From: an uncultured Flavobacteriaceae bacterium
GTDB lineage: Bacteria > Pseudomonadota > Alphaproteobacteria > Micropepsales > Micropepsaceae
DNA length: 64,000 nucleotides
Direction: 5' to 3'
NCBI GenBank assembly: GCA_964494625.1
Contig: CAZBRT010000004.1
Coordinates: forward strand, 10,578 to 74,577
Shown: one piece after another, positions 10,715-20,962 of the stretch
Position numbering within the stretch: position 1 is the first letter of the stretch
Layout of the letters: each line of letters starts with the position of its first letter
Position numbers and translations under genes: made by a program
Notes under the pieces: generated by a model
What the model saw: only the letters and a program-made list of their open reading frames with translations
The model's database searches: none
What the model was told of the DNA's origin: nothing

Positions 10715-11470
10715 GTGGAATGGCGCGATGAGGCCCTGATCCTGTCCGCCCGTCGGCATGGCGAGACGGCCGCCATCGCTGAATGCCTTACGCGCGCGCA
10801 TGGGCGGCATTTCGGCCTCGTCCATGGTGGCGCGGGCAAGAGCAAAAGCGGCCAGCTTCAACCCGGCCAGCTTGCCATGGTGACATGGCGGGCGCGCCTT
10901 GCCGAAAGCCTTGGCACATTCGAGATCGAGCCCATGCAGTCGCTCGGTGCCCGGTTGATGGATGATCCGCTGCGGCTTGCCGGGTTGATGGCGCTTGCAA
11001 GCCTTGCTTCCGCCGTGTTGCCGGAGCGCGAGCCGCATCAGGCCGTTTTCGACGGCCTGAAGATCCTCCTTCCCCTGATGGCAAAGGAAGATGCGCGGGG
11101 CTGGGGCGCTGTCCTGTCGAAATGGGAATTGGGCCTGTTGCAGGAATTGGGTTTTGGCCTAGACCTTGCCCGCTGTGCCGTCACGGGCAGCCCCGATGAT
11201 CTGGCGTTCATCTCGCCGCGCACGGGCAGGGCGGTCAGCCGCAATGCTGCGGAAAATTACGCACCGCGCCTTTTCCGGTTGCCGCAATTTTTCCTGGGCA
11301 ATCAGGCCCAAAATCCGCCGGACCCCGCCGATGTCGCCGAGGCCCTGCGCATCACGGCGCATTTCATCGAAACATCAATCCTGATGCCGCACGGCCAACG
11401 CCTGCCGGAGGCGCGCGCGCGGTTTGGCGCCATGCTGGCAGGTCACCTTCAGCTCTTCGATCGCTCGTAA
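10715..11470 (+). CDS. recO: DNA repair protein RecO
   Basis: VEWRDEALILSARRHGE... RecO-like N-terminus, in the conserved position after era. GTG start chosen just after the era stop; the 10652 ATG would overlap era. Confidence 0.85.
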   Translation: MEWRDEALILSARRHGETAAIAECLTRAHGRHFGLVHGGAGKSKSGQLQPGQLAMVTWRARLAESLGTFEIEPMQSLGARLMDDPLRLAGLMALASLASAVLPEREPHQAVFDGLKILLPLMAKEDARGWGAVLSKWELGLLQELGFGLDLARCAVTGSPDDLAFISPRTGRAVSRNAAENYAPRLFRLPQFFLGNQAQNPPDPADVAEALRITAHFIETSILMPHGQRLPEARARFGAMLAGHLQLFDRS

Positions 11471-12030
11471 CGCCAGAGAGACGCGGGCGGCACATTTGCC
11501 GTCGCGAACGCAACGCGCCTGCCGCTGAGGCCAAGACGTTCGCGCGGCAGCGGCGAGAACCACGAATAGGTGAATTGCAGGAAGAAGCGGTTGGCCTTCA
11601 GGACGCTGAACATGCCCTCGCAGATTTCAAGCTGCTGGCTGTCGGGAAGAAGCAGCATCGGAATGCCGCAGACGATGCTGCCGACATTGCCGGCAACGCC
11701 GGGCGGCAAGAGGTCTTTCACCTTGCGCGCGTCACCCTGGATGACGGTGATCTTGGGATATGTCTTCTTGAGGTGCCGGGCAAGATCAGGATCAAGCTCG
11801 AAGACAACGAGCTTTTCCGGCGCCACTTTCTTGACGAGTTCAGCCGTGATCGTACCCGTGCCGCCGCCATATTCGAGGACGTATTCGCCCGCCTCGCACT
11901 GGATGTTTTCGGCAACTGCGCGCGCCAGAGCCTTGCCGGAAGGCACAATCGAGCCCAGCCGGAACGGGTTCGCGACCCAGCGTTTGAAAAAGAGCAGGCG
12001 TCCGGAGTTGTTCTGTTCCATCGTCGTCAT
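11449..12030 (-). CDS. class I SAM-dependent methyltransferase (phospholipid N-methyltransferase-like)
   Basis: VLEYGGGTGTIT SAM-binding motif I. 193 aa. The 3' end overlaps the recO 3' end (convergent). Confidence 0.7.
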   Translation of the reverse strand: MTTMEQNNSGRLLFFKRWVANPFRLGSIVPSGKALARAVAENIQCEAGEYVLEYGGGTGTITAELVKKVAPEKLVVFELDPDLARHLKKTYPKITVIQGDARKVKDLLPPGVAGNVGSIVCGIPMLLLPDSQQLEICEGMFSVLKANRFFLQFTYSWFSPLPRERLGLSGRRVAFATANVPPASLWRYERSKS

Positions 12031-12170
12031 GCCGGAAGGGGGGGAGGGACATCTTGCCCAAGCCTACCCGCCAAACCGTCTTGCGCGCAATTGTCATCGT
12101 GGTTGATTGCGGCAACGGACAAGCGCCGCTATAGGCTTCATTCCCAACGCATATTCCGATTCGATGGACC

Positions 12171-14423
12171 GTGACGCCGCCCATGGCCCTGCGCAGCAAG
12201 CCGCCAAAAGACGACGAAATCAGGCCGGAGACGCTGATCCACGCCCTGTCGGAGCGTTACCTTGCCTATGCGCTTTCCACCATCATGCACCGCGCGCTGC
12301 CCGATGTGCGCGACGGCCTGAAGCCGGTCCACCGCCGTCTGCTTTTTGCCATGAGCGAATTGGGGCTGCAGCCTGGTTCCGGCTTCAAGAAATGCGCGCG
12401 TGTCGTCGGCGACGTGATCGGCAAGTTCCATCCGCACGGCGATCAGGCGGTCTATGACGCGCTGGTGCGTCTGGCGCAGGATTTTTCCGTGCGCTACCCG
12501 CTGATCGACGGGCAGGGCAATTTCGGCAATGTCGATGGCGATAACGCGGCCGCCATGCGTTACACCGAAAGCCGTCTGACCGGAGCGGCCGGCCTCCTCC
12601 TGGAAGGCATCGCCGAAAACGCAGTTGATTTCCGACCCACCTATGACGGCGCAGAGCAGGAGCCGGTCGTGTTTCCGGCAGCCTTCCCCAATCTGCTCGC
12701 CAATGGTGCGACCGGCATTGCCGTCGGCATGGCGACCAGCATCCCGCCGCATAATCTGGCCGAGCTTTGTGATGCGCTGATCGACCTCAATGATGATGCC
12801 GACATCACGGACCGTTCGCTCCTCAAGCACATCAAAGGCCCTGATTTTCCGACCGGTGGCATCATTGTCGATGACCGGGAGACGATCACGGCGGCCTATC
12901 GCGAAGGGCGCGGCGCGTTCCGCCTGCGGGCGCGCTGGCGGATCGAAGAGGGTGCGCGCGGCACCTGGTCGATCATTGTCCATGAAATTCCCTACCAGGT
13001 GCAGAAGGCAAAGCTGATCGCCAACATTGCCGAGCTGATCACCTCGAAAAAGACGCAGCTGCTTGACGATGTGCGTGATGAATCCGCCGAGGACATCCGC
13101 ATCGTGCTGGAACCCAGGAACCGCACGATTGATCCCGAATTGCTGATGGAGCAATTGTTCCGCTCGACCGAGCTGGAAGCGCGGATCAGCCTCAACCTCA
13201 ATGTGCTCGATGCGGGCCAGCGCCCCGTGGTGATGAGCCTGAAGCAGGCGCTGAAGGCGTTTCTGGATCACCGCTATGACGTGCTGGTGCGCCGCGCCTC
13301 ATTCCGGCTGGAGCGCACCCAAAAGCGCATCGAGATCCTTGACGGTTATCTTGCCGTCTATCTCAACCTCGACAAGGTGATCCGCATCATCCGCGAGGAA
13401 GACGAGCCCAAGCCGAAACTCATCAAGGCGTTCCGCCTGAACGATGTGCAGGCCGACGCGATCCTCAATATGCGGCTGCGCAATCTGCGCAAGCTCGAAG
13501 AAATGGAAATCCGGGCAGAACATGCGGGCCTGAAGAAGGAGGCCGACGAGCTTTCGGCCCTCATCAAGTCGAAGGCCCGGCAGTCAAAGAAGATCGCGGA
13601 GGAAATCCGCGCGGTTGGCGAGCAGTTCGGTCCGAAAACCGCCATCGGCAAGCGCCGCACCGGCTTTGCCAACGCACCCGCCATCGCCGATGTCGCGCCC
13701 GAAGCCTTCATCGAGCGCGAAGCGATCACCGTCATCTGCTCGCAAAAGGGCTGGATCCGGGCAATGAAGGGACATCGCGACCCCAAGGAGGAGATTGCAT
13801 TCAAGGAAGGCGACCGCGCGCGCTTCTTCCTGCATGCCGAGACGACCGACAAGCTGATTGCATTCGGCACCAACGGCAAATTCTACACGCTCGGCTGCGA
13901 CAAGCTGCCGGGCGGGCGCGGCATGGGAGAGCCGGTGCGCCTGTCGATTGACCTCTCCAACGAAGAGGATCTGGTTGCGCTCTTCGTGCACAGGCCGGAT
14001 CGCAGGCTGCTGGTGGCGTCGCGTACCGGGCACGGCTTCATCGTGCCGGAGAATGATGTTCTCGCCATGAAGCGCGGCGGCAAGCAGGTGCTCAATGTGC
14101 AGCCCGGCGAAAAGGGCGAGGCAGTGCTTTGCCTGCCGGCCGAGGGTGATCAGGTCGCGGTCATCGGCGAGAACCGCAAGATGGTGGTTTTCCCCTTGAG
14201 CGAAGTGCCGGAGATGGCGCGCGGGCGCGGCGTGATCCTGCAGCGCTACAGGGATGGCGGGCTTGAGGATGCGCGCGTCTTCAAGCTCTCCGATGGCCTG
14301 ACGGACGCCAATGGTCGTCAGTGGCCCGCCAGCGAGTTGAAGGAATGGCGTGGCGCGCGCGGCCAGTCGGGGCGTCTGCCGCCGCGTGGTTTCCCCAAGA
14401 CGGGGCGCTTCAATCCGCGCTGA
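12171..14423 (+). CDS. parC: DNA topoisomerase IV subunit A
   Basis: 750 aa. YAMSTI-like block ([24 protein letters not shown]), GKFHPHGD and AAMRYTE active-site Tyr region. Short C-terminal domain as in ParC. An alternative ATG lies at 12183. Confidence 0.9.
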   Translation: MTPPMALRSKPPKDDEIRPETLIHALSERYLAYALSTIMHRALPDVRDGLKPVHRRLLFAMSELGLQPGSGFKKCARVVGDVIGKFHPHGDQAVYDALVRLAQDFSVRYPLIDGQGNFGNVDGDNAAAMRYTESRLTGAAGLLLEGIAENAVDFRPTYDGAEQEPVVFPAAFPNLLANGATGIAVGMATSIPPHNLAELCDALIDLNDDADITDRSLLKHIKGPDFPTGGIIVDDRETITAAYREGRGAFRLRARWRIEEGARGTWSIIVHEIPYQVQKAKLIANIAELITSKKTQLLDDVRDESAEDIRIVLEPRNRTIDPELLMEQLFRSTELEARISLNLNVLDAGQRPVVMSLKQALKAFLDHRYDVLVRRASFRLERTQKRIEILDGYLAVYLNLDKVIRIIREEDEPKPKLIKAFRLNDVQADAILNMRLRNLRKLEEMEIRAEHAGLKKEADELSALIKSKARQSKKIAEEIRAVGEQFGPKTAIGKRRTGFANAPAIADVAPEAFIEREAITVICSQKGWIRAMKGHRDPKEEIAFKEGDRARFFLHAETTDKLIAFGTNGKFYTLGCDKLPGGRGMGEPVRLSIDLSNEEDLVALFVHRPDRRLLVASRTGHGFIVPENDVLAMKRGGKQVLNVQPGEKGEAVLCLPAEGDQVAVIGENRKMVVFPLSEVPEMARGRGVILQRYRDGGLEDARVFKLSDGLTDANGRQWPASELKEWRGARGQSGRLPPRGFPKTGRFNPR

Positions 14424-14426
14424 GGT

Positions 14427-14948
14427 TCAGCGGACCAATTCAAACTGCTGCGGGCGGCCGTCATCCGCCTGGATGCCCCAATATTCGACGAGCAGCTGAT
14501 ACTTGCCTTCGGGCTGGTAGAGCGTGCGGCGCAGGTCGAGCGTGATGGTGAAGCTGGTCTTGAGCGACGCACCCGCCTCCAGCACGTCCTTGCTGGTGGT
14601 GCCGAGGCAATCACCATCCTCCTTGGCCTGCACAAAGGCGTCACCGCCCGCAAGGATCAGCCAGCGCACCGTGTTGCACGGGTTCGGAACTTCAAGGATC
14701 ACCTCGTTCCCCGTGCGGTTCTCGATAGTGACGGAGACGTTGAACGCGGTCGGTGTGCCATCGCGCATCACGACACTTGTGGGCGCCTCGACTGACACAA
14801 TGACGGCATCCTCCGACAGGAAAGGAATGTCGCCGCGCGCGCCGTAGTAGCCGATGAGCGCGACGGCTGCGACCAGCGCCATGGACAAGGCAAAGGAGCG
14901 GGCAAACATCTGCCGCCTTGCGGGATCGGGCTTTTTGGGCGGGGTCAT
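14427..14948 (-). CDS. membrane-anchored hypothetical protein (beta-rich, 4 Cys)
   Basis: 173 aa. N-terminal TM segment (FALSMALVAAVALIGYY). The ATG overlaps the dctM stop (ATGA), suggesting translational coupling. Confidence 0.6.
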   Translation of the reverse strand: MTPPKKPDPARRQMFARSFALSMALVAAVALIGYYGARGDIPFLSEDAVIVSVEAPTSVVMRDGTPTAFNVSVTIENRTGNEVILEVPNPCNTVRWLILAGGDAFVQAKEDGDCLGTTSKDVLEAGASLKTSFTITLDLRRTLYQPEGKYQLLVEYWGIQADDGRPQQFELVR

Positions 14949-16534
14949 TTGCTCATGGTCTCCGGAAGCCAGGTGGCCAGTCCAGGCCAGAAGGCAAGCA
15001 TGACAAGCATCAATATCTGCAGGCCGATGAACGGCAGGACGCCGCGATAGATTTCAACCGTGCGCACTTCGGGCGGTGCCACCCCGCGCAGATAGAACAG
15101 GGCAAAGCCGAAGGGCGGGGTGAGGAACGAGGTCTGCAGGTTCATCGCCATCATCACGCCCAGCCAGATGGGGTCCACTCCCATAAGGAGCAGGATCGGC
15201 GCGACAACCGGCACGACGATGAACACGATTTCGATGAAGTCGATGAAAAAGCCGAGCAGGAACATCACCAGCATGACGACGATGACCGCGCCGGTGACGC
15301 CGCCGGGCAGGGATGTCAGGAACTGGTGGATGGTCTCGTCGCCGCCAAAGCCGCGGAAGACAAGGCTGAAGAATGCCGCGCCTATCAGGATCAGGAAGAC
15401 CATGGCGGTGATCTGCGCGGTCTGTTCCATCACCGGCCGCAGCACCCCAAAGCGCAACGTGCGCATCAATGCGACACCGGTCGAAATGGCGGCAACCGCA
15501 AAGAGCACAAGGGCTGCCAGAATGGCGGCGCGCTCGCCATCCGTATTGGCGACAAGCCCCAGGCGCAGATCGAAAATTTGTGTCAGCACCAGAAGCGCCG
15601 CAATGGCCAGTGCCCCGGCGATGATGGGCCAGCCGCCCGTGCGCGTCTTGCCCTTCTCCCCGACCAGCTTGAAGCCCGCGAGCATGATGGCGCCCAGCGC
15701 GCCGATTGCCGCTGCCTCGGTTGGCGTTGCCAATCCGCCCAGAATGGAGCCCAGCACCGCAACGATCAGAACGACCGGCGCGACCAAAGCGACCAGCGAG
15801 CGCTTCAGCGCCTTGCGCCAGGGCTCGTGCGCGCCGGTTTGTACCGCAGGCACGCGCGAGGGCCGGATGATCGCAATGATGAACATGTAGGCCATGTAGA
15901 GGCCGACCAGCACGAGGCCGGGAATGAGCGCGCCCGCAAAAAAGTCACCCACTGTCACCGTTTCGGGCGAGAAAATGCCCTGCTTCAACTGCGCCTGCTG
16001 ATAGCTGTCGCGGATCACGTCGCCCAGAAGCACCAGCACGATGGATGGCGGAATGATCTGGCCCAGCGTACCGGATGCGGCAATCGCGCCGGATGCGAGC
16101 CCGCGGTCATAGCCGTGCTTGATCATGGTCGGCAGCGCGATCAGCCCCATGGTGACAACGGTTGCGCCGACGATGCCGGTCGATGCGGCCAGAAGGGCGC
16201 CGACCAGAAAAACCGAAATGCCGAGCCCGCCGCGGATGCGGCCGAAGAGATGCCCCATCGATTCCAGCAGGTCTTCGGCCACGCGGGACTTTTCCAGCAT
16301 GACGCCCATGAAGACGAAGAGCGGCACTGCGATCAGCGTCTCGTTCTGCGTCGTCTGGAAGATGCGGTTGGGCAAAGCGAGCAGGATCGAAAAATCGAAC
16401 GCACCCACCGCAACACCGATGACGGCAAAGAGAAGGGCAACGCCCGCCAGCGTCAGCGCCACCGGAAAGCCGGCGACCAGCATCACGCACATGGCGCCGA
16501 ACATGGCGATATCGAGTGTGTCGCGCAGCTCCAT
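14945..16534 (-). CDS. TRAP transporter large permease subunit (DctM family)
   Basis: About 529 aa and highly hydrophobic multi-pass. Sits in a DctP-DctQ-DctM arrangement. Start set to the ATG at 16534 (MELRDTL). Confidence 0.88.
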   Translation of the reverse strand: MELRDTLDIAMFGAMCVMLVAGFPVALTLAGVALLFAVIGVAVGAFDFSILLALPNRIFQTTQNETLIAVPLFVFMGVMLEKSRVAEDLLESMGHLFGRIRGGLGISVFLVGALLAASTGIVGATVVTMGLIALPTMIKHGYDRGLASGAIAASGTLGQIIPPSIVLVLLGDVIRDSYQQAQLKQGIFSPETVTVGDFFAGALIPGLVLVGLYMAYMFIIAIIRPSRVPAVQTGAHEPWRKALKRSLVALVAPVVLIVAVLGSILGGLATPTEAAAIGALGAIMLAGFKLVGEKGKTRTGGWPIIAGALAIAALLVLTQIFDLRLGLVANTDGERAAILAALVLFAVAAISTGVALMRTLRFGVLRPVMEQTAQITAMVFLILIGAAFFSLVFRGFGGDETIHQFLTSLPGGVTGAVIVVMLVMFLLGFFIDFIEIVFIVVPVVAPILLLMGVDPIWLGVMMAMNLQTSFLTPPFGFALFYLRGVAPPEVRTVEIYRGVLPFIGLQILMLVMLAFWPGLATWLPETMSK

Positions 16535-16541
16535 GGTGTCC

Positions 16542-17372
16542 TTAACCCCGCGCCGTCTGTGCGGGTGGCCGCACAAGCAGGGCCGCCTTGCGGGCGGCCA
16601 TGCCGATGCCCTGCACCCACATCATCAGCGCAAAAAGGAGGATGCAGGTCTTGAGCAGGAACACGGCGGGAAGGCCGCTGGTCTCACGCGATCCCTCCAG
16701 CACCATCCACGAACCGATGACGTAGGGCCAGGCGAGCCAGAAGATCACCGCCATCACCGGAATGAGAAGGAGGAGCGCGCCGGCCAGATCAATCCACGCT
16801 TTGGTGCGCGGGCGCGCTTCGCGGTAGATGAGATCAACGCGCACATGGCCGTCGGCAAGGAGCGTATATCCTGCGGCCAGGAGGAAGAGCATGCCGTGCA
16901 TGTAGAGCATGGCCTCCTGCAGCGCGATCATGCCTTCGCCAAAGACATAGCGCAGCAGCACAATCAGGCTCTGCACCAGAACCATCAGAAGCGTGAGCCA
17001 GTAGATTTCGCCGCGCTGCCAAAAGCGGTTGCGTCCGCCCGACGCTGCCAGCGCCACAAAGCCCGTGATGACCAGCCCAAGAAAGAACGGCTTCTGCTCT
17101 TCACCCAGGAGCCAGGTGATGGTGTCGAGCCGCAGGGCGAGATTGGCTGCCGACAGGATCACGAGCACCGTGCCGGCCAGAATGACCGACCACACGGCCG
17201 TCATCACCAGTGAACGCAGCACGCGGTCGAAACTGGCAGCTGTTGCATCCATCACATCAAGGAATGTCAGCGCACGCAGGCTGCCCGCGCGCGCCGCAAT
17301 GAAAGCGACGACAGGCAGCAATGCCGGCAGAAAGGCCATAAGCCAATAGTGCCATTCAAGTGTGCGCGGCAT
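16542..17372 (-). CDS. TRAP transporter small permease subunit (DctQ family)
   Basis: Hydrophobic protein between the DctP and DctM genes. The exact start is uncertain. Confidence 0.8.
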   Translation of the reverse strand: MPRTLEWHYWLMAFLPALLPVVAFIAARAGSLRALTFLDVMDATAASFDRVLRSLVMTAVWSVILAGTVLVILSAANLALRLDTITWLLGEEQKPFFLGLVITGFVALAASGGRNRFWQRGEIYWLTLLMVLVQSLIVLLRYVFGEGMIALQEAMLYMHGMLFLLAAGYTLLADGHVRVDLIYREARPRTKAWIDLAGALLLLIPVMAVIFWLAWPYVIGSWMVLEGSRETSGLPAVFLLKTCILLFALMMWVQGIGMAARKAALLVRPPAQTARG

Positions 17373-17399
17373 GATCCCCCCGGTTGCGGCGCGTGACGG

Positions 17400-18524
17400 T
17401 CAATAGGGGAAACCGAGGCGGCGGGCAGTGAAATAGCCTTCCTCGGAAATCTCCATGTAACTCATCACGCTCGTGCGGAAGTTCATGTAGCTCTCGTAAA
17501 TGCGTCGGGTCAGATCGTCTGCTTGGCCCGCTTCGCGCACGACCTCGCCCGAGAGGCGGCCGATCTCGCGCATCACGTCATCGGGCATCTTGCGCAATTG
17601 CACGCCATGCTCGTTGACAAGCGCCCTCAGCGCATTGGCGTTCTGCGCGTTGAACTCGGCAAGGGTGTAGCTGTCCTCGGCCTGTGCTGCCGAACTGATG
17701 ATGGCGCGTTCGCGGTTTGACAGGCTGTCCCATACGCCGCGATTGAGGCCCAGCGACAGGCAGGCACCGGGTTCATGGAATCCGGGCCAGTAATAGAATT
17801 TGGCGGCGCGGTAGAACCCGAAGGCGAGATCGTTCCACGGACCGACCCATTCGGTTGCGTCAATTGTGCCGTTCTGGAGGGCAGGGAAGATGTCGCTGCC
17901 TGCCAACGTCATCACATTCGCGCCGAGCCGCCGCAACACTTCACCGCCGAGACCCGGCATGCGCATCTTGAGGCCCTTGAAGTCCTCAAGCGAGATGATC
18001 TCCTTGTTGAACCATCCGCCCATCTGCACGCCGGAATTGGCGCAAGGCATCGCCTTGATGCCGAACTGGCCGGAGAGTTCATCCCACAGCGCCTGTCCGC
18101 CGCCGTGATAGATCCACGCATTGAACTCGTTGGCATTGAGGCCGAAGGGAACCGAAGTGAAGAAGTTGAAGCCCGGGTTCTTGCCCTGAAAATAATAGTC
18201 AGCCGCGTGGTACATATCTGCGGCACCGGTTGAAACCGCATCAAACGTCTCCAGCGCGCCAACCAGTTCGCCCGCTGCATAGACGCGGACGGTCAATTGA
18301 CCGTCGGTCATGTCAGAGATGCGCTGCGCTACGCGCGACGCCGCCGAGCCCAGGCCCGGGAAGTTGGGCGGCCATGCCGTCACCATCTTCAATTCGCGAT
18401 TGCCCTGCGCAATGGCGGGCGCGGCTATGGTTGCGGCGGCTGCAGCGCCGGCAGCGGCGCCTGCCAACAGGCGGCGGCGGCTCAAGAGATTTTCACCGTC
18501 TCGCGTGCGGGGCGGTTTCGTCAT
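17400..18524 (-). CDS. TRAP transporter substrate-binding protein (DctP family), Tat signal
   Basis: SRRRLLAGAAAGAAAA...AIAQG twin-arginine leader. About 340-aa periplasmic binding-protein body adjacent to the permease genes. Confidence 0.85.
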   Translation of the reverse strand: MTKPPRTRDGENLLSRRRLLAGAAAGAAAAATIAAPAIAQGNRELKMVTAWPPNFPGLGSAASRVAQRISDMTDGQLTVRVYAAGELVGALETFDAVSTGAADMYHAADYYFQGKNPGFNFFTSVPFGLNANEFNAWIYHGGGQALWDELSGQFGIKAMPCANSGVQMGGWFNKEIISLEDFKGLKMRMPGLGGEVLRRLGANVMTLAGSDIFPALQNGTIDATEWVGPWNDLAFGFYRAAKFYYWPGFHEPGACLSLGLNRGVWDSLSNRERAIISSAAQAEDSYTLAEFNAQNANALRALVNEHGVQLRKMPDDVMREIGRLSGEVVREAGQADDLTRRIYESYMNFRTSVMSYMEISEEGYFTARRLGFPY

Positions 18525-18548
18525 GGGACCAACTCTCCATTCGGGGAA

Positions 18549-19292
18549 TTATCGCTGCGGCCAGGGCACCCAGCCATCCGGCGTATAGGCTTCCAAAGGC
18601 TTGTACTGCGCCTTGTAGCTCATTTTGCGGCAGCCTTCGACGAGATAGCCGAGATAGACATAAGGCAGGCGGCGGGCACGCGCCTGCTCGATGTGATCGA
18701 GGATCAGGAAGCTGCCAAGGCTGCGGTCCTCTTCGGCCGGATCATAATAGGAGTAGACCATCGACAGCCCGTCCGAGAGCACGTCGGTGAGCGTCACCGC
18801 GATCAGCTTGCCATCCTTGGCGCCATCGGTTGTTTCGGTGCGGTACTCGGCCAGATGGGTGTCGACGCAGGTATCCTCGACCATGGCGATATAGTCGAGC
18901 ACGCTCATCTCGCTCATGCCGCCGCCGGGGTGGCGGGCGTCGAGATAGCGGCGCAGCAGCACGAACTGGTCCTCGGTCGCCAGTGATTCCACAATGGCGC
19001 CAGTCAGGTCGCGATTGCGCTTGAACGTACGGCGCATGGTGCGCGACGGCTCGAAGGCATCGACGAGGATGCGCACCGAGATGCAGGCCGCACAGCCCTC
19101 GCAGGCCGGGCGATAGGCGATGCTCTGGCTGCGGCGGAAACCGAAATGGGTGAGGCTGTCATTCAGGACGCGCGACTGCGATCCCGTCAGCTTGGTGAAC
19201 ACCTTGCGTTCCTGCTGTCCGGGCAGATAGGGGCAAGGGGCGGGCTGGGTCAGGTAGAACTGCGGAAACTTGGTGCCGAAATGCTCGGTCAC
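18549..19292 (-). CDS. bpt: arginyl/leucyl-tRNA--protein transferase (Ate/Bpt)
   Basis: [21 protein letters not shown]...GFRRSQ...YVYLGY motifs of bacterial Ate1-like transferases. Confidence 0.88.
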   Translation of the reverse strand: MTEHFGTKFPQFYLTQPAPCPYLPGQQERKVFTKLTGSQSRVLNDSLTHFGFRRSQSIAYRPACEGCAACISVRILVDAFEPSRTMRRTFKRNRDLTGAIVESLATEDQFVLLRRYLDARHPGGGMSEMSVLDYIAMVEDTCVDTHLAEYRTETTDGAKDGKLIAVTLTDVLSDGLSMVYSYYDPAEEDRSLGSFLILDHIEQARARRLPYVYLGYLVEGCRKMSYKAQYKPLEAYTPDGWVPWPQR

Positions 19293-19429
19293 GTCCGGTC
19301 AGGGCCTTGGTACTTGGAGAAGAAGGGGCAAATCACTTGGCCAAGCATGGCACCCAAAGCCGGACTTGCGAAGGCGCAATATTGTGACCGGCTTGGGCCA
19401 GAACCCGGCCTAACCCACTGATTCGGCGA

Positions 19430-20338
19430 TCAGGGCAGGTGATCGGGCGGCAATACCGGGGCTTCCCGCAGGAGCACGATCGAGATGCGACGGTTGGCCG
19501 AGGCATAAGGATCGTCCGGGTAGAGCGGCTCCGACCCGGCCTTGCCGGATACCTGGAAGACGCGGTCTCCCGGCACACCGGCCTGCATCAGGATGCGGCG
19601 GCTGGCATTGGCGCGGTCGGCGGACAATTCCCAGTTCGAATAGCCGTTGGGTCCGACAAAGCTTGCGCTGTCCGTATGTCCCGAGATGTTGAGGCGATTG
19701 GGCAGGCGCAGGACCACTTTGGCAATCTCGCGCAAGAGGCGGCGTGTGCGTTCCAGCGGCTCGGCCGAGCCTGCCTCGAACATCGGGCGGCCTTCCTGAT
19801 CGACGAGCTGGATGCGCAGGCCTTCCGGCGTCATGTCGATGATGATGTTCTTCGAGAGTTCGGCGATGTCGGGCATGTCCTGCATCGCCTGACGCAGCGC
19901 CATCTCTGCCTGCTGAAGCTCCTGACGCTCGCGCTCGGCAATTGCCTCGTCGATGGCGTCTTCGGTGATTTCGGCGGGCGGGCCGCCGGCAGCCACGTCG
20001 GATTCGGTCTCGGCTGTCGGCTCGGCCGTCTCCGATGGCGACATCTTGACGACCACGGCGACCGTGCCGTCACCCTTGGCGCCGTCTTCGCCCAAGGACG
20101 TGCCACCCAATATGCCACCGGAACCCGAGGTGGATTCGCTGACGCTCTGGGGCGCGAAGTAGTCGGCGATGCCGCGCTTCTGCTCGGGGCTGGTCGTGTT
20201 GATCAGCCACATCAGAAGGAAGAACGCCATCATGGCGGTCACGAAGTCGGCATAGGCAACCTTCCAGGCGCCGCCATGGTGGCCGCCGCCTGTGACCTTC
20301 TTCACTTTCTTGATGACGATGGAACCGTCGGCTGCCAT
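19430..20338 (-). CDS. MotB-like flagellar stator / OmpA-family protein
   Basis: N-terminus KKVKKVTGGGHHGGAWKVAYADFVTAMMAFFLLMW (MotB plug/TM), plus a C-terminal OmpA-like peptidoglycan-binding domain (NWELSADRANASRR). Confidence 0.85.
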   Translation of the reverse strand: MAADGSIVIKKVKKVTGGGHHGGAWKVAYADFVTAMMAFFLLMWLINTTSPEQKRGIADYFAPQSVSESTSGSGGILGGTSLGEDGAKGDGTVAVVVKMSPSETAEPTAETESDVAAGGPPAEITEDAIDEAIAERERQELQQAEMALRQAMQDMPDIAELSKNIIIDMTPEGLRIQLVDQEGRPMFEAGSAEPLERTRRLLREIAKVVLRLPNRLNISGHTDSASFVGPNGYSNWELSADRANASRRILMQAGVPGDRVFQVSGKAGSEPLYPDDPYASANRRISIVLLREAPVLPPDHLP

Positions 20339-20476
20339 GACCCTTGCCGCCGCCGGAGCGTTGACCCCGGATGCGCCTGCGCTAGCTTCTCAAGCCAAGC
20401 TAGTGGCAGGGGCTTAAGGTGCGGTTGACGCGCTAGCGCGCCCTTCCGGCTCCCATGGTTGACAAAGGATGAAGAC

Positions 20477-20962
20477 ATGAGCGACCGGCAACGCGAATTC
20501 CGCAATGCGCTGGGGTGCTTTGCGACGGGCGTGGCGGTTGCAACGACGGCAGGGCCTGAGGGGCCGGTGGGCCTCACCATCAATTCCTTTGCGTCCGTGT
20601 CGCTCGACCCGATGCTGGTCTTGTGGAGCATCGACAAGTCGTCAGACCGCTACCGGCTGTTCAAGGCGGCGGCGCATTTCGGCCTCTGCGTGCTTGATGA
20701 TGGGGGGCAAGCGCTTGCAACGCGCCTTTCACGCAAGGGGGGCGGCACGATTGCCGAAGACATCGCCAAATCGGGCAAAGGCGGGGTGCCGGTGCTGCGC
20801 CATGCCATGGCGCATTTCGAGTGCGCGGCAGAGGCGCGCCATGATGCGGGCGATCATGTCATCCTTGTCGGGCGTGTGCTCGAATTCGACTATCGCAGCC
20901 ACGGCCATCCGCTTGTCTATTACCGCGGACGCTATCGGGCGCTTTCAGCGCCCGACGGCTGA
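20477..20962 (+). CDS. flavin reductase family protein
   Basis: FRNALGCFATGVAVATT...GLTINSFASVSLDPMLVLWSI is a flavin-reductase-like FMN-binding domain. Confidence 0.85.
   Translation: MSDRQREFRNALGCFATGVAVATTAGPEGPVGLTINSFASVSLDPMLVLWSIDKSSDRYRLFKAAAHFGLCVLDDGGQALATRLSRKGGGTIAEDIAKSGKGGVPVLRHAMAHFECAAEARHDAGDHVILVGRVLEFDYRSHGHPLVYYRGRYRALSAPDG

Noticed and set aside
19430-20338. The motB-like gene as part of a Zorya-type (MotAB-like) defence system.
   Set aside because: It lies in a conserved core-genome context. No ZorA/MotA-like or ZorC/D-like genes are adjacent. The N-terminus is that of an ordinary flagellar MotB.
2321-20962. Convergent or tandem gene overlaps: 2321-2334, 2982-2995, 11449-11470 and 20932-20962.
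   Set aside because: Overlaps of 14-31 bp are common in compact high-GC genomes, and some depend on uncertain start or stop choices. Nothing suggests a special mechanism.
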